A stretch of DNA of 64,000 nucleotides, from the NCBI GenBank assembly GCA_964528025.1, contig CAZGOZ010000001.1, forward strand, positions 4,398-68,397, written 5' to 3'. This stretch comes from an uncultured Planctomycetia bacterium. Its GTDB lineage: Bacteria; Omnitrophota; Gorgyraeia; Tantalellales; Tantalellaceae. Below are positions 32,301 to 43,344 of this stretch, piece by piece. The translations under genes and the position numbers were made by a program. Position 1 is the first letter of the stretch. Each line of letters opens with the position of its first letter. Under the pieces are notes generated by a model. It was given only the letters and a program-made list of their open reading frames with translations, had not been told where the DNA came from and searched no databases.

Positions 32301-33395
32301 TTCATTTAGTTTAAGTTCCGGTCCAATCACGATAACGCTACGTCCGGAATAATCCACGCGTTTTCCGAGCAGGTTCTGCCGGAAACGGCCCTGTTTGCCT
32401 TTAAGCATATCCGCAAGCGACTTTAACGGCCGTCCGCCGGATCCCACGACTTCGCGCCCATGCCTGCCATTATCAAACAAGGCATCAACGGCTTCCTGCA
32501 ACATCCGTTTCTCGTTCCTCACAATAACTTCCGGGGCTTTCAGCTCAAGAAGCTTTTTAAGCCTGTTGTTCCTGTTGATCACTCTCCGATAAAGATCGTT
32601 AAGATCGCTTGTCGCAAATCTGCCGCCTTCCAATGGAACAAGCGGCCGAAGATCGGGAGGAATAACCGGAACAACATCAAGTATCATCCATTCCGGTTTA
32701 TTACCACTCTTTCGGAATGTCTCAATGACCTTCAACCTTTTCATCAACCTTTTTTTAGTATTCAAATCTTTTTTCTCGCTCATTTTCGCGATTAATTCCG
32801 CGGATATGGCGTTAAGATCCATCTCTTTCAATAATTCGCGAACACCATCAGCCCCCATCATGGCTTTGAAGCCGTTTCCATATTCTTCTTTCGCCTTGAT
32901 GTACTGATCTTCTGTCAGCATCTCTTTCTTTTTAAGAGGCGTCTCGCCGGGATCCGTCACCACATACTGCTCATAGTAAAGAACCCTCTCCATGTCCCTC
33001 ATTTTCATGTCAAGCATATTGGACATGCGGGAAGGAATGGCCTTAAAAAACCACACGTGTGAAACGGGCGCGGCCAGTTTGATACAGCCCATTCTTTCGC
33101 GGCGAACATTTGATTTGATTACTTCAACGCCGCAACGGTCACAGACAATGCCCTTATGCTTTATTCTCTTGTATTTGCCGCAGTTACATTCAAAATCCTT
33201 GGTAGGACCGAATATGCGCTCGCAAAAAAGCCCGTCTCTTTCAGGTTTCAATGTCCGGTAATTGATCGTTTCCGGCTTCTTTACCTCAAATAGCATGCTC
33301 CTCGAGCCAATCTTGCGCGTGGCCCAAGCCTTGATTTTTTCAGGAGAAGCTATCTGTATCTTGACCTTGTCAAATCTGTTTACCTTGCGCAACAT
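29340..33395 (-). CDS. rpoC: RNA polymerase beta' subunit
   Basis: [22 protein letters not shown], Zn-finger cysteines. Confidence 0.99.
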   Translation of the reverse strand: MLRKVNRFDKVKIQIASPEKIKAWATRKIGSRSMLFEVKKPETINYRTLKPERDGLFCERIFGPTKDFECNCGKYKRIKHKGIVCDRCGVEVIKSNVRRERMGCIKLAAPVSHVWFFKAIPSRMSNMLDMKMRDMERVLYYEQYVVTDPGETPLKKKEMLTEDQYIKAKEEYGNGFKAMMGADGVRELLKEMDLNAISAELIAKMSEKKDLNTKKRLMKRLKVIETFRKSGNKPEWMILDVVPVIPPDLRPLVPLEGGRFATSDLNDLYRRVINRNNRLKKLLELKAPEVIVRNEKRMLQEAVDALFDNGRHGREVVGSGGRPLKSLADMLKGKQGRFRQNLLGKRVDYSGRSVIVIGPELKLNECGLPKVMALELYQPFIIRKLREKGFVHTIKSAKKMVQQENPEVWDILDDVIRDHPVMLNRAPTLHRLGIQAFQPKLVEGKAIRVHPLVCAAFNADFDGDQMAVHLPLSMEAQMEARLIMNAANNIFSPANGRPIATPSQDIVLGVYYLTKMKMKAKGEGKIFADKEEVIMAYQDEEVDKFAKIKLRVKGELIETTVGRAIFNDILPEGMPFYNEPMNKKAVSQVISDCYRLKGHAATVELLDEIKRLGFEESTLSGASMAVSDLSVPAEKAKKLALAQVEVDKVHSQYQRGLITDGERYNKIIDTWTHVTEDVSALVFRHLDSFNPVFMMADSGARGSRQQIRQLAGMRGLMAKPSGEIIETPITANFREGLTVLEYFISTHGARKGLADTALKTADSGYLTRRLVDVAQDVIIREPDCGTLNGITVSAIIEGDEVVASLAERISGRVGLDNIADPLTGNSVIKSGEVISDEQAEEIEKIPMLESVRIRSVLTCEAEQGVCAKCYGRNLATGKIADAGEAVGIIAAQSIGEPGTQLTMRTFHIGGTASRIIEQSFFKNKEPGVVKYHNLKVVESREKGVFVVLNRSGQISIDEIDGREIERQIIPQGSSVFYADGAGIKKKMKYAEWDPYTIPILTEVNGKVQYEDIKKDITMKIETDEATGVKNRVVIDQKGDYHPQLLILNKKGDVEAIYPLPVNAHIAVKDKEEVKAGDVLAKMHRVLTKTKDITGGLPRVAELFEARKPKDPSIISEIAGTVEFGESKKGEKRIIVESEAGMRKEYVIPHGKHLNVYRGDVVAAGEQLVDGPVVPQDILRVSGEKKLQEYLLNEIQEVYRLQGVQINDKHIETIIRQMLRSVKITDSGDTIFLDGDKVEKTIFKKENERMIKKKKKPASAEPVLQGITKASLTTESFISAASFQETTRVLTEAAAAGKTDNLTGLKENIIMGHLIPAGTGYEEHRKISLVREVLKEEIKKVEEGNTEDTEKN

Positions 33396-33400
33396 ATTTT

Positions 33401-36400
33401 TTACACTCCTTGGGAATATTTTTCGCTTTGCTCAAAATTGACATCAAGACCCAAACTCTGCAGTTCCTTGACAAGAACATTGAACGACTCCGGGGTGCTC
33501 GGTTCCAGCATGTTTTCCCCCTTGACTATGGTCTCGTATATCTTTGTGCGGCCAACCACGTCATCGCTCTTGACCGTGAGAAGCTCCTGAAGTGTATACG
33601 CGGCGCCGTACGCCTCAAGCGCCCATACTTCCATTTCCCCAAACCTCTGCCCGCCGAACTGGGCTTTCCCTCCAAGGGGCTGCTGGGTAACCAGCGAATA
33701 TGGCCCTATGGATCTGGCATGCATCTTATCATCGGCCAGATGCGCCAGTTTCATCATGTATATATATCCGACCGTAACATGCTGATCGAACGGTTTCCCG
33801 GTAAATCCGTCGGAAAGCGCCGTCTTACCCGTTTCCGGCAGTTTAGCTTCTTTCATTATATCGCGTATGTCTTTTTCATTCGCGCCGTCAAAAACGGGCG
33901 AGGTAAACTTCCTATTCAGCACTTTTGCCGCCCACCCAAGCTGTGTCTCCAGCAACTGTCCGATATTCATTCGGCTCGGAACCCCGAGCGGATTCAGAAC
34001 GATATCCAGAGGCGTGCCATCCGGAAGATACGGCATATCTTCTTCCGGCACTATTTTGGCAATAACCCCCTTGTTACCGTGTCTTCCTGCCATTTTATCG
34101 CCGGCCTGAAGTTTTTTCTTACTCGCGACAAAAACGGTTATCCGACGCAAAACCCCGGGCGGAAGTTCATCGCCGTGTTTTATCCTGTCCAGATCCCTTT
34201 CCTTCTCTATCACTGTCTGCTCAATCTGGCTGTTGGCAGTCGCAACGATATTGTTAATCCTTATCTGGAGTTTTTCGTCGTTATCCACGCAAAGGTCATC
34301 CAGTATCGCCTGCTTAAACTTTGGAAGGTCTTTCTCTGTTATCCGTTTCCCTGCTTTTATTAGGATCTTTCCCGTTTTAAAGTCTTCAATTCCGTTTACC
34401 AGTTTGCTCCCGACCAAACGCTGAAAAATTCTCTCGGCCTTTTTGAGCTCCAGCTGTTCAATAATGTTACGATAGCCTTCTTCAACAATCTTTCTCTCCT
34501 CGGAATCGCTTCTCCGCTGTTCCCTTGTCAGAGTTTTTCTGTTCTTGCGCGAGAGTTCCTTGACATCAACAACTATGCCGTTAATCCCCGAAGGGACCCG
34601 AAGCGACACATCCTTAACATCACCGGCTTTCTCCCCGAAAATCGCGCGCAGCAGTTTTTCTTCCGGTGAAAGCTCGGTCTCGGATTTTGGAGCGACCTTT
34701 CCTACCAATATGCTTCCCGCGACCACTTCCGCGCCAATGCAAATAATACCGTTCTCATCCAGATTTTTGAGAGTTTCCTCGCCGACGTTGGGAATGTCTC
34801 CCGTCACTTCTTCGTTGCCGAGTCTTGTATCGCGCGCTTCCAGCTCAAATCGGTGTATGTGAACGGATGTAAACGCGTCTTCCTTCAGCAGATTCTCGTT
34901 TATGAGAATCGCGTCTTCAAAATTGTATCCCCGCCATGACATGAAACCGACCAGAACGTTCTTTCCGAGCGCAAGTTCACCGTTATCCGTTGAAATGCCG
35001 TCAGCAAGGAGATCCCCTGCTTTGACAGTTTCTCCGAGTTTCACGACCGGTCTCTGATTAACGCTTGTTCTGGCATTGGTCCTCTCAAATTTCTTGAGGG
35101 GATATTTTTCTCCGGACACCACTATCTCTTTTCCGTCAATCCTGGTAACATTTCCGCCCTTTTGCGCAATGACCAGCGCGCCGGAATCTTTCGCCGTGCG
35201 ATATTCCAGTCCCGTTCCGACAAGCGGAGCCTCGGGAAACAGGAGCGGAACAGCCTGTCTCTGCATGTTGGACCCCATGAGCGCTCTGTTTGCGTCGTCA
35301 TGTTCCAGAAAAGGTATGAGCCCCGCGCAGATACTCACGAGTTGAAGCGGGGAAACATCCATATACTGAACGTCAGCGGCTGAAGCAAGAATAAAATCGT
35401 CCTTAAACCGACAGAATACCTTATCTTCTTTAAAATGTCCCCGTCCGTCGAGCGGCGAGTTCGCCTGGGCGATAATGTATTTATCCTCTATATCCGCGGA
35501 AAGATACTCTACGGTATCCAGAACCTTTTTTTTCTCTACCTTGCGATAGGGCGTAACCAAAAACCCGAATTCATCAACTCCGGAATAGGTGCTGAGCGAA
35601 TTGATAAGGCCGATATTAGGACCTTCCGGGGTCTCAATCGGGCATAACCTGCCGTAATGCGAATAGTGAACGTCACGAACTTCAAAACCGGCGCGTTCAC
35701 GGTTAAGACCGCCCGGACCAAGCGCGCTCAATCTTCTGAGATGCGTCAGCTCGGCAAGCGGGTTCGTCTGGTCCATGAACTGAGATAATCTCCCCCTTGC
35801 AAAAAAATCATGAATCACGCTCGTGATGAGTTTCGTGTTGACGATATTATGCGGCATGACTTCGCTCATCTCGTAAACGCTCATTCTCTCCCTGGCCACT
35901 CGTTCAACACGGGCCATGCTTATGCGTATCTGATTGGAAAGCTGCTCACCTACGCATCTTATACGTCTGTTGCCAAGATGATCAATATCATCTATGCTTC
36001 TTTTTCCCGACTTTATTTCAAGAAGGGCTTTGATTGCCTGAACCAGCGTTTCGCCGTCAAGCAGTTGAGCATCAAGCGCGCGGTTCATCCCGAGTTTGCG
36101 GTTTATCATGCGCATGCCGACATCGGTGAGATTGTACCGTCTCTTGTCAAAAAACATCTGAGCAAGCAAATCCTTGGCGGCCGCAAGGGTCGGAGGATCA
36201 CCCGGACGAAGCTTGCGGTAAACATCAAGATATGCTTCTTCTCTGGTTTTTGTTCCGTCGTGCTCCAGCGTGTTTATTATCTCTTTGGGGATTGACTGCA
36301 ATAATTTGACTTTTCGGACCTTGTTTCCCCACATCCGTTTCGCGATAGAAGGCGTAATCTGTTCCATCTGTTGGGCCAGTATGGAGGACGAATTCTCGTC

Positions 36401-37117
36401 AACAATATCTTCAGCAAGAACGCGGTCTATCAGCTCTTCGCACTGTTTCTCGCGCGTTAACAGCACTTCTTCCACGCCGCCGAACGCCTTGAGAATCTCT
36501 CCGTCGCTGGACAGACCGAAAATCCTCAGAAATGTCGTGGCCAGAAATTTTCTCTTGCGATCAATATATACATAAAGCAAATCATTCTTATCAAACAGAA
36601 ACTCTATCCACGCGCCTCTGTCAGGGATAAGCCGAGCCGAATAAATCGGTTTGGTGCCGGGCGAAGTGCTTTCCTCAAACGATATCCCAGGTGACCGGTG
36701 GAGTTGACTAACGACGACCCGTTCGTCACCGTTGATAATATAGGTGCCAACATCTGTCATGAGGGGAATCTCCCCCATGTAGACTTCCTGCTCTTTTATC
36801 TCGTTTTCCAGCCGCAGGCGCAGTTTTACCCGAAGAGGCGCCGCATACGTGAGAGAACGGTGCTTGCACTCCTCCGTATTATATTTTGGACGAGCTATAT
36901 CGTAATACAGATATTCAAGCCGATACACGCCGTTCTGGCTCGTGATTGGAAACACTTCACGAAAAAGACATTCCAATCCGCGATTTGCCCTTTTTGTCTT
37001 CGGCACAAAACGCTGCAGGAACTCCGCGTACGAGTCAACCTGGATCTTGAGCAGATTGGGAATATCATAAACCTGTTTCAGCCTGGTGTAACTTTTTCGC
37101 GCGACTTTAACAGTCAT
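33401..37117 (-). CDS. rpoB: RNA polymerase beta subunit
   Basis: [31 protein letters not shown]; start probably 37117 (ORF open to 37150). Confidence 0.99.
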   Translation of the reverse strand: MTVKVARKSYTRLKQVYDIPNLLKIQVDSYAEFLQRFVPKTKRANRGLECLFREVFPITSQNGVYRLEYLYYDIARPKYNTEECKHRSLTYAAPLRVKLRLRLENEIKEQEVYMGEIPLMTDVGTYIINGDERVVVSQLHRSPGISFEESTSPGTKPIYSARLIPDRGAWIEFLFDKNDLLYVYIDRKRKFLATTFLRIFGLSSDGEILKAFGGVEEVLLTREKQCEELIDRVLAEDIVDENSSSILAQQMEQITPSIAKRMWGNKVRKVKLLQSIPKEIINTLEHDGTKTREEAYLDVYRKLRPGDPPTLAAAKDLLAQMFFDKRRYNLTDVGMRMINRKLGMNRALDAQLLDGETLVQAIKALLEIKSGKRSIDDIDHLGNRRIRCVGEQLSNQIRISMARVERVARERMSVYEMSEVMPHNIVNTKLITSVIHDFFARGRLSQFMDQTNPLAELTHLRRLSALGPGGLNRERAGFEVRDVHYSHYGRLCPIETPEGPNIGLINSLSTYSGVDEFGFLVTPYRKVEKKKVLDTVEYLSADIEDKYIIAQANSPLDGRGHFKEDKVFCRFKDDFILASAADVQYMDVSPLQLVSICAGLIPFLEHDDANRALMGSNMQRQAVPLLFPEAPLVGTGLEYRTAKDSGALVIAQKGGNVTRIDGKEIVVSGEKYPLKKFERTNARTSVNQRPVVKLGETVKAGDLLADGISTDNGELALGKNVLVGFMSWRGYNFEDAILINENLLKEDAFTSVHIHRFELEARDTRLGNEEVTGDIPNVGEETLKNLDENGIICIGAEVVAGSILVGKVAPKSETELSPEEKLLRAIFGEKAGDVKDVSLRVPSGINGIVVDVKELSRKNRKTLTREQRRSDSEERKIVEEGYRNIIEQLELKKAERIFQRLVGSKLVNGIEDFKTGKILIKAGKRITEKDLPKFKQAILDDLCVDNDEKLQIRINNIVATANSQIEQTVIEKERDLDRIKHGDELPPGVLRRITVFVASKKKLQAGDKMAGRHGNKGVIAKIVPEEDMPYLPDGTPLDIVLNPLGVPSRMNIGQLLETQLGWAAKVLNRKFTSPVFDGANEKDIRDIMKEAKLPETGKTALSDGFTGKPFDQHVTVGYIYMMKLAHLADDKMHARSIGPYSLVTQQPLGGKAQFGGQRFGEMEVWALEAYGAAYTLQELLTVKSDDVVGRTKIYETIVKGENMLEPSTPESFNVLVKELQSLGLDVNFEQSEKYSQGV

Positions 37118-37237
37118 TCTGCACTCCGTCCTCTTTTTTTGTGTTACCAACGTTCCGGAGACCCCATAAAAAGGTCAAAGGCCCAAGGTTCAAGAAAAAC
37201 CTTTAACCTTTAACCTCTCGGAACTCCCAAAGTATAT

Positions 37238-37774
37238 TTACTTCAGCTCGACTTTTGCACCGACAGCTTCAAGCTGTTTCTTCATTTTCTCGGCTTCGTC
37301 TTTCAGCAAACCTTCTTTGATCTCTTTCGGAGCCGCTTCTACCAGGTCTTTTGCTTCTTTAAGCCCAAGATTCGTCAAAGCCCTGACCTCCTTGATAACA
37401 TTGATCTTTTTCGGACCAATCTCGGCAAGAACAACAGTGAAGACATTCTTTTCTTCCGCGCCAGCGGCTGCCGCTCCTGCGCCTGCTGCCCCGGCGACTG
37501 CCATGGCCGCTACCGGAGCGGCGGCACTGACATCAAATCTGTCCTCAATGGCCTTTACAAGATCGGAAAGCTCAAGAACACTCATTTCTTCTATATTCTT
37601 GATAAGCCCTTCCATCTTGGCTGAGAGCTTCACCTTGGGTTTTTTCACCTCGGCTTTTTTTTCGGCTACAACGGTCTCGGTTTTTTCCGGGGCCGGTGTT
37701 TTTTCAGCAGCCGGCGCCTTTTCGGGTGCCTCAGCGGCTTTTGCCTGTTCTTTTTCTTTCTTTTCCTCTACCAT
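37238..37774 (-). CDS. rplL: 50S ribosomal protein L7/L12 with N-terminal A/P/E/K-rich extension
   Basis: [37 protein letters not shown]; AAGGAGG RBS before 37774. Confidence 0.96.
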   Translation of the reverse strand: MVEEKKEKEQAKAAEAPEKAPAAEKTPAPEKTETVVAEKKAEVKKPKVKLSAKMEGLIKNIEEMSVLELSDLVKAIEDRFDVSAAAPVAAMAVAGAAGAGAAAAGAEEKNVFTVVLAEIGPKKINVIKEVRALTNLGLKEAKDLVEAAPKEIKEGLLKDEAEKMKKQLEAVGAKVELK

Positions 37775-37784
37775 TTTTCCTCCT

Positions 37785-37910
37785 TTGCAACACTGAATAT
37801 ACTGAATTTTGCGCCACTGAATACACTGAATTTGCAGAGAACACTGAATTCAGTGCCCTCTATCCCCTTCAGTGTCCTCTGTGTTGCATTCTTCTGTGTC
37901 CTCTGTGTTT
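37785..37910. repeat. 9-nt periodic inverted-repeat element
   Basis: Homologous to the 18310 and 29290 copies. Confidence 0.8.
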
Positions 37911-37931
37911 CTATTGTTGACGTAACAAAAA

Positions 37932-38480
37932 TCAGCTGTCGCTCTTTTCTTTTTTTTCTTTCACTGCATCCAACGCATACATCACACTCTTTATGATGGC
38001 TGCTAACACGCCGGCAAACCGCGTTATCGGAGCGTTCAACGTGCCGGCGACCATGGCAAGAAGCTGTTCGCGTCCGGGCAGATTGGAAAGCTCTTCTATT
38101 TTTTTTGCCTCAAGGGTCTGCCCGTCCAGGTATCCTCGCAAAACCACAAAACCCTTGTTCCCTTTTGAGAACTCCATCATGAGCCTGGCAACACACACGG
38201 GATTGTCGTTTATTATCCCGAGGCCAAGAATTCTTTTTTCGCCGATTGTTTCGGAAAGACCATCATCTATTCCGAGATCCTTGAGCGCAAGAGAGGCCAG
38301 ACGGTTTTTAACGACCATGTACCGCGACCCTGATTTTCTCATTTTCTTGCGGAACACGTTCATGTCAGTAGCTTTCACGCTCTCAATGCCGGCAACCACA
38401 AAACCCTTATTTTTCGAGAAGACATCCTTCATCTCGGCGGTCATTAACTCTCTGACTTTTCTTCCGTATTTTACTGCCAT
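37932..38480 (-). CDS. rplJ: 50S ribosomal protein L10
   Basis: VVKNRL, LSNLPGREQLLA; between rplA and rplL. Confidence 0.93.
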   Translation of the reverse strand: MAVKYGRKVRELMTAEMKDVFSKNKGFVVAGIESVKATDMNVFRKKMRKSGSRYMVVKNRLASLALKDLGIDDGLSETIGEKRILGLGIINDNPVCVARLMMEFSKGNKGFVVLRGYLDGQTLEAKKIEELSNLPGREQLLAMVAGTLNAPITRFAGVLAAIIKSVMYALDAVKEKKEKSDS

Positions 38481-38510
38481 AATATTATCTCCCTAAATAC
38501 TCAACAATAC

Positions 38511-39206
38511 TCAACCTTGCCTGAACTGGCTCTTGTCCAGCCTGAGCCCGGGACCCATTGTTGAACTAATGACTGCCGACCGCAAGCTTTGGGTCTTCTG
38601 TATTTTTGGATTGGCTGTCAAAACCGCCTTTATAAAAAAATTGATGTTTTCTTTCAGAACCTCTTCACTGAAAGAAAGTTTTCCAACGGGTGCTTTGATA
38701 CCCGACTGTTTATCCAGTCTGTATTCAATTTTACCGGCTTGCAATTCCCGCACCGCCTTGCCAATCTCGGTCGTAACCGTTCCGGATTTTGGGTTCGGCA
38801 TCAGCCCGCGCGGCCCAAGCACCTTGCCGAGTTTCGCAAGTTCTCTCATCATGTCGGGTGTCGCAACCGCCACGTCAAAATCCATCCATCCGCCGGCAAC
38901 TTTCTGCACCAATTCGTCGCCGCCTACATAATCGGCGCCCGCTTCTTTGGCCTGGTCCACGAAATCGCCCTTGCAAAAAACCGCAATACGGGTCTTTTTT
39001 CCCGTGCCGTGCGGCAAACTGACGGTTCCTCTTATGGGATTGGCTGCCTGATCCAGCGAAATTTTTATCGCCACTTCAATCGTCTGGTCAAACCCGGTCT
39101 TCGGACCGTTCTTTAACACAGAAACAGCTTCTGTCAGCGTGTATTCTTTTTTGCTATCAACAAGTTCTTCTATTTTTTTTCGTCTCTTGCTTGTTCTGGC
39201 CATCAT
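38511..39206 (-). CDS. rplA: 50S ribosomal protein L1
   Basis: [33 protein letters not shown]. Confidence 0.98.
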   Translation of the reverse strand: MMARTSKRRKKIEELVDSKKEYTLTEAVSVLKNGPKTGFDQTIEVAIKISLDQAANPIRGTVSLPHGTGKKTRIAVFCKGDFVDQAKEAGADYVGGDELVQKVAGGWMDFDVAVATPDMMRELAKLGKVLGPRGLMPNPKSGTVTTEIGKAVRELQAGKIEYRLDKQSGIKAPVGKLSFSEEVLKENINFFIKAVLTANPKIQKTQSLRSAVISSTMGPGLRLDKSQFRQG

Positions 39207-39625
39207 TCAACCTCTATCCCCATGCTTCGGGCGGACCCCTTTATGATCTCCACTGCGCCGTTCATGTCAATCGCGTTGAGATCCTCCATCTTTTGCTTCG
39301 CTATCTCCTTGACCTGATTTAGAGACACCTTACCAACCTTCTCCGTTTTCGGATTCCCGCTTGCTTTCGCGATTCCGGCCGCTTTTTTCAGAAGAACGCT
39401 TGCCGGAGGGCTTTTTACGATAAACGAAAACGTCTTGTCTTCATACAGGCTTATCACGACCGGCAGAGTCAGACCCTCTCTGTCTTTTGTTGCGTCGTTA
39501 AACTTCTTGCAGAAATCCATTATCGGAATACCGTGCTGACCCAGCGCCGGACCGACCGGAGGGGCCGGAGTTGCCTTTCCTCCCGAACAATAAAGCTTTA
39601 TCGTAGTTTTGATCTTTTTTGCCAT
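39203..39625 (-). CDS. rplK: 50S ribosomal protein L11
   Basis: [28 protein letters not shown]. Confidence 0.98.
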   Translation of the reverse strand: MAKKIKTTIKLYCSGGKATPAPPVGPALGQHGIPIMDFCKKFNDATKDREGLTLPVVISLYEDKTFSFIVKSPPASVLLKKAAGIAKASGNPKTEKVGKVSLNQVKEIAKQKMEDLNAIDMNGAVEIIKGSARSMGIEVE

Positions 39626-39639
39626 TTATCTACCGCTCC

Positions 39640-40173
39640 CTATATTTTCTCTATCTGCCAGGCTTCCAGTTCCACCGGCGTGGTTCTGCCGAAAATCGAA
39701 ATCATTACCTTAATCTTTCCTTTTTCCATGTTAGAGTCCTCAATGGTTCCGGAAAAATTCTTAAACGGACCTTCCTTAACGCGAACCGCCTCTCCCTGTC
39801 TAAAGAGCACTTTCGGAACCGGTTTTTCCTTCGCCTCTTTCGTCTGCTGCAGAATCTCTTTCACTTCACTCTCAGCAAGCGCCACGGGCTTTGTCTTGGC
39901 ACCGACAAACCCGGAAACTCCCGGGGTATCTTTCACGAGATACCAGCTCTTATCGTTAAGCTCCATTTCTATGAGGATATAACCCGGGAAAAATTTTCTT
40001 TCCGTTATTTTTTTCTCACCTTCACGGATCTCGGATACCTTTTCTGTTGGTATCAATATCTGGCTTATGAATTTTTTGTTTTCGGGGTCGCTTTCCAGCC
40101 GTCCCTCAAGGGCCTTCTTTGCGGTATATTCCTTCCCCGTCAACGTATGTATCACGTACCATTTTTTCGCCAT
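39640..40173 (-). CDS. nusG: Transcription factor NusG
   Basis: WYVIHT, FFPGY, TPGVSGFVG, IFGRTTPVEL. Confidence 0.98.
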   Translation of the reverse strand: MAKKWYVIHTLTGKEYTAKKALEGRLESDPENKKFISQILIPTEKVSEIREGEKKITERKFFPGYILIEMELNDKSWYLVKDTPGVSGFVGAKTKPVALAESEVKEILQQTKEAKEKPVPKVLFRQGEAVRVKEGPFKNFSGTIEDSNMEKGKIKVMISIFGRTTPVELEAWQIEKI

Positions 40174-40364
40174 CAGAAAACCCCTCGTATCAGCACATTA
40201 ACAATGCGCGAAATAACCACATCGCACAACCCAATAAACACGGCAAGCATGAGAGTTGTTACAAGCACGATAATCGTGGAATTGAGCAGTTCCGGCCGCG
40301 ACGGCCAGGCAACTTTTCGCATCTCGCCTCTTACCTGTCCTATAAAGGTTCCGATTTTTATCAT
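40173..40364 (-). CDS. secE: Preprotein translocase SecE
   Basis: EMRKVAWPSR plus one TM helix; upstream of nusG. Confidence 0.95.
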   Translation of the reverse strand: MIKIGTFIGQVRGEMRKVAWPSRPELLNSTIIVLVTTLMLAVFIGLCDVVISRIVNVLIRGVF

Positions 40365-40396
40365 ACGCTTATACCTTCATGTCTCTCTGATTCTCG

Positions 40397-40472
40397 TGGC
40401 AGGAGAGACAGGTCTCGAACCTGCAACCCCCGGTTTTGGAGACCGGTGCTCTACCAATTGAGCTACTCTCCT
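40397..40472 (-). tRNA. tRNA-Trp(CCA)
   Basis: AGGAGAGTAGCTCAATTGGTAGAGC...CTCCAAA...GGTTCGAGACC...CCA. Confidence 0.95.
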
Positions 40473-40517
40473 TCTAAAAACACGCCTATACCGGGATACT
40501 GCTGTATTCTTCTCTTG

Positions 40518-40688
40518 TTAGTTCTTCGCTTCTTTATGCGGCGTATGCTTGCGCTCAAACCTGCAATATTTACTCCGCGTCATACGATCCGGGTTGTTTT
40601 TTTTGTTCTTTATTATCGTATAATTACGCTGCTTACAGTTTTCACATTGCAGCGCTACTATTTCTGTTGAGCCCTTTTTCTTAGCCAT
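40518..40688 (-). CDS. rpmG: 50S ribosomal protein L33
   Basis: Manual translation [56 protein letters not shown]. Confidence 0.95.
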   Translation of the reverse strand: MAKKKGSTEIVALQCENCKQRNYTIIKNKKNNPDRMTRSKYCRFERKHTPHKEAKN

Positions 40689-40706
40689 TTTATCCTCGCT
40701 CCGTTA

Positions 40707-41903
40707 TCAGGCAATCACTTCCGAGACTACTCCCGCTCCTACAGTGCGGCCGCCTTCACGTATCGCAAATCTTAACTCTTTTTCCAACGCTACCGGCGAT
40801 ATGAGTTCCACTTCTATCGTGACGTTATCTCCGGGCATTACCATCTCTACCCCTTCGGGTAGCTTTGCCACTCCCGTTACATCCGTTGTCCGGATATAAA
40901 ACTGCGGCCGGTATCCGTTAAAAAACGGCGTGTGCCGCCCGCCTTCTTCCTTGCTCAATATATATACTTCCGCTTTGAATTTTGTATGCGGTGTGATCGT
41001 TCCCGGCGCCGCAAGCACCTGTCCTCTTTCCAGGTCTGTCTTCTCTATGCCGCGCAAGAGCACTCCCACGTTATCTCCCGCTTGACCTGAATCCAACAGC
41101 TTACGGAACATCTCTATTCCCGTTACCGTCGTCTTCCTCGTCGCGCCGAGACCCACTATCTCAATCTCTTCGCCCACTTTTACCTGGCCCCGTTCTATCC
41201 TTCCGGTGCCCACTGTTCCTCTTCCCGTTATGCTGAACACGTCTTCAACGGGCATCAGAAACGGTTTGTCTATATCTCGCACCGGCTGAGGTATAAACGT
41301 GTCCACCGCGTCCATAAGCTCGCCTATAAACTTGCAATCCTCACTGTCCAACGCGCCTTTCGCTTCCATCGCCTTTAACGCGCTGCCCTTGATTATCGGC
41401 GTATCATCGCCCGGGAAATCATATTTGCTTAAGAGTTCCCTTACCTCAAGTTCTACGAGGTCCAGAAGCTCTTTGTCGTCTACCATGTCCACCTTGTTCA
41501 TGAACACAACCAGCGCCGGCACGTTTACCTGTCTGGCCAGTAATATGTGCTCTCGTGTCTGCGGCATCGGACCGTCAGCCGCCGATACCACCAATATCGC
41601 TCCGTCCATCTGGGCCGCTCCCGTGATCATGTTCTTGATGTAATCCGCGTGCCCGGGACAATCTATATGCGCATAATGTCTTTTATCCGTCTCGTATTCC
41701 ACGTGCGCTACCGCGATTGTTATGCCTCGTTCCTTCTCTTCGGGCGCCTTATCAATCGTATCAAACGCGCGTATTTCCGCCTGCCCCTTGTTCGCCAGGT
41801 ACATCGTGATCGCGGCTGTGAGTGTCGTCTTGCCGTGGTCTACGTGCCCTATCGTTCCAATGTTCAAATGCGGCTTTGTTCTCTCAAATTTTTTCTTGGC
41901 CAT
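40707..41903 (-). CDS. tuf: Elongation factor Tu (copy after the tRNA cluster)
   Basis: Protein identical to 25078-26274. Confidence 0.99.
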   Translation of the reverse strand: MAKKKFERTKPHLNIGTIGHVDHGKTTLTAAITMYLANKGQAEIRAFDTIDKAPEEKERGITIAVAHVEYETDKRHYAHIDCPGHADYIKNMITGAAQMDGAILVVSAADGPMPQTREHILLARQVNVPALVVFMNKVDMVDDKELLDLVELEVRELLSKYDFPGDDTPIIKGSALKAMEAKGALDSEDCKFIGELMDAVDTFIPQPVRDIDKPFLMPVEDVFSITGRGTVGTGRIERGQVKVGEEIEIVGLGATRKTTVTGIEMFRKLLDSGQAGDNVGVLLRGIEKTDLERGQVLAAPGTITPHTKFKAEVYILSKEEGGRHTPFFNGYRPQFYIRTTDVTGVAKLPEGVEMVMPGDNVTIEVELISPVALEKELRFAIREGGRTVGAGVVSEVIA

Positions 41904-41986
41904 TTTTTTTTTCCTCCTTACGGCTTAGATTCAATTCCAATTCCGCGAACTCTATTCAGGCCTTTTAACGTAAGACCATACATTGC

Positions 41987-42062
41987 TGGAGCCCACGGCC
42001 GGAATTGAACCGGCGACCCCATCCTTACCATGGATGTGCTCTACCAGCTGAGCTACATGGGC
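41987..42062 (-). tRNA. tRNA-Thr(GGT)
   Basis: GCCCATGTAGCTCAGCTGGTAGAGC CATCC-ATGGTAA-GGATG ... CCA. Confidence 0.95.
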
Positions 42063-42201
42063 CGTCTTGCCGAATAAAAAAATTTTCACCCGGCCCTCTT
42101 TCGAAAATGACAATAAACTACCCCATTAGCTTGGCTCGTGCAAGCGATTTACATAGGAATTTACTATAGTAAAACCAATACTATGAGATGTCGGAATATT
42201 G

Positions 42202-42229
42202 ATTCTACCAAAAAAGTTTTTTATGTCAA
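42202..42229 (-). promoter_or_regulatory. Sigma70-like promoter upstream of tRNA-Thr/tuf
   Basis: TTGACA-N16-TAGAAT with extended -10 TG. Confidence 0.55.
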
Positions 42230-42267
42230 GCGTTATTTGTTATTTCTTATATATATGGGGGAAACGT

Positions 42268-42300
42268 AAAAAACCGGCTCTTAATTGGAGCCGGTTTTTT
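42268..42300. terminator. Intrinsic (bidirectional-looking) terminator
   Basis: aaaaaaccggctc-loop-gagccggtttttt. Confidence 0.75.
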
Positions 42301-42308
42301 AATTCAAC

Positions 42309-42548
42309 TGGAGCGAGCGATGGGAATCGGCGCCTCCGGGCTCGTATTATTCTACCGGCTCTCGCTATCGCTCATGCCGGAAAATATTCTCGCCCTCCGG
42401 TCGGCCACCCGCATCTTCGGTTGTGCTCGTTTCCTCCTATCCTCGGAAACTTCGCTTTATTAAAGGCTCAGATGCTCCCTTCGATTCCCTCTGTATACCC
42501 GATAGATAAAAAAGCCGGCCATGAAATCATGGCCGGCTTTTTAATCTA
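42309..42548 (-). mobile_element. Small tRNA-Gly-linked element bounded by a 21-nt duplication of the tRNA 3' end
   Basis: tggagcgagcgatgggaatcg at 42309-42329 and 42549-42569. Confidence 0.65.
42508..42542. terminator. Intrinsic terminator after tRNA-Gly
   Basis: aaaaaagccggccatga-aa-tcatggccggcttttt. Confidence 0.75.
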
Positions 42549-42622
42549 TGGAGCGAGCGATGGGAATCGAACCCACGTAGGAAGCTTGGAAGGCTTCTGC
42601 ACTACCATTGTGCTACGCTCGC
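42549..42622 (-). tRNA. tRNA-Gly(TCC)
   Basis: GCGAGCGTAGCACAATGGTAGTGC GAAGC-CTTCCAA-GCTTC ... GGTTCGATTCCC...CCA. Confidence 0.95.
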
Positions 42623-42641
42623 TCCGTATGAGTTTTCCGGG

Positions 42642-42959
42642 CTATCTGTTCGCCGGCTGGAAGACCACTACTGTCTTATCTGTATCTTTTCTGGAACTCG
42701 CCAGTACGATTGGCTCCTTTGATATTATGGATATCTCAATATCGTCGTTCATTCTATCCGTCGTCCGAAAAGTTGACTTGAGCATGCCATCCGCAAGAGC
42801 TACATGAGATGTTTTCTTAAAAGCCGTTTTGCCGAAAGTTTCCGCGATTTCGTTACGCACTTTGAGACACACCGACGCAACACCGACGCGGTATTTCCAT
42901 GCCGCATAAATACCTCCAACAAGAGCGATTATAACAAGCAGGATGATTATTTTTTTCAT
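42642..42959 (-). CDS. Small membrane-anchored hypothetical protein
   Basis: MKKIIILLVIIALVGGIYAAW hydrophobic N-terminus; GAGGAG upstream. Confidence 0.65.
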   Translation of the reverse strand: MKKIIILLVIIALVGGIYAAWKYRVGVASVCLKVRNEIAETFGKTAFKKTSHVALADGMLKSTFRTTDRMNDDIEISIISKEPIVLASSRKDTDKTVVVFQPANR

Positions 42960-42960
42960 A

Positions 42961-43344
42961 TTATTGCTTCTCCTCTTTTTCGGATTCTTTTCTCTGAATG
43001 GCGTCCAGATAGCTGTCAACTTCTTCCAAGCTTTTGAAAACAGCATCTTTCGGCAAAAGTTTAACAATCTCAAAAACCTTATTAATCTGCGGTTTGAGGT
43101 TAGTCATTATAAAAACACCGCCCGCGACCTCAACAATTTTCCTCGCCTGAAATATTACTCCGATACCCGCGCTACTTATATAATCCAGCTTATTCATGTC
43201 AAATATCAGGGCTTTTACGGGTTTGTCCAAGAGCGGCATTACACCCTCTTTGAACATGGGATACGTGGTGGAATCCAAACGGCCTTCCGGTCTGATTAGA
43301 TAAACACCGTCTTTCTGTTTTTTTATGTCAACACTGAAACTCAT
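42961..43344 (-). CDS. STAS-domain anti-sigma factor antagonist
   Basis: GRLD, DMNKLDYISSAGIG, VFEIVKL. Confidence 0.9.
   Translation of the reverse strand: MSFSVDIKKQKDGVYLIRPEGRLDSTTYPMFKEGVMPLLDKPVKALIFDMNKLDYISSAGIGVIFQARKIVEVAGGVFIMTNLKPQINKVFEIVKLLPKDAVFKSLEEVDSYLDAIQRKESEKEEKQ

Noticed and set aside
42199-42807. 202-aa plus-strand ORF, and ORFs 50069-50411, 51896-52482 and 60481-60678
   Set aside because: They translate tRNAs, terminators and REP or direct repeats.
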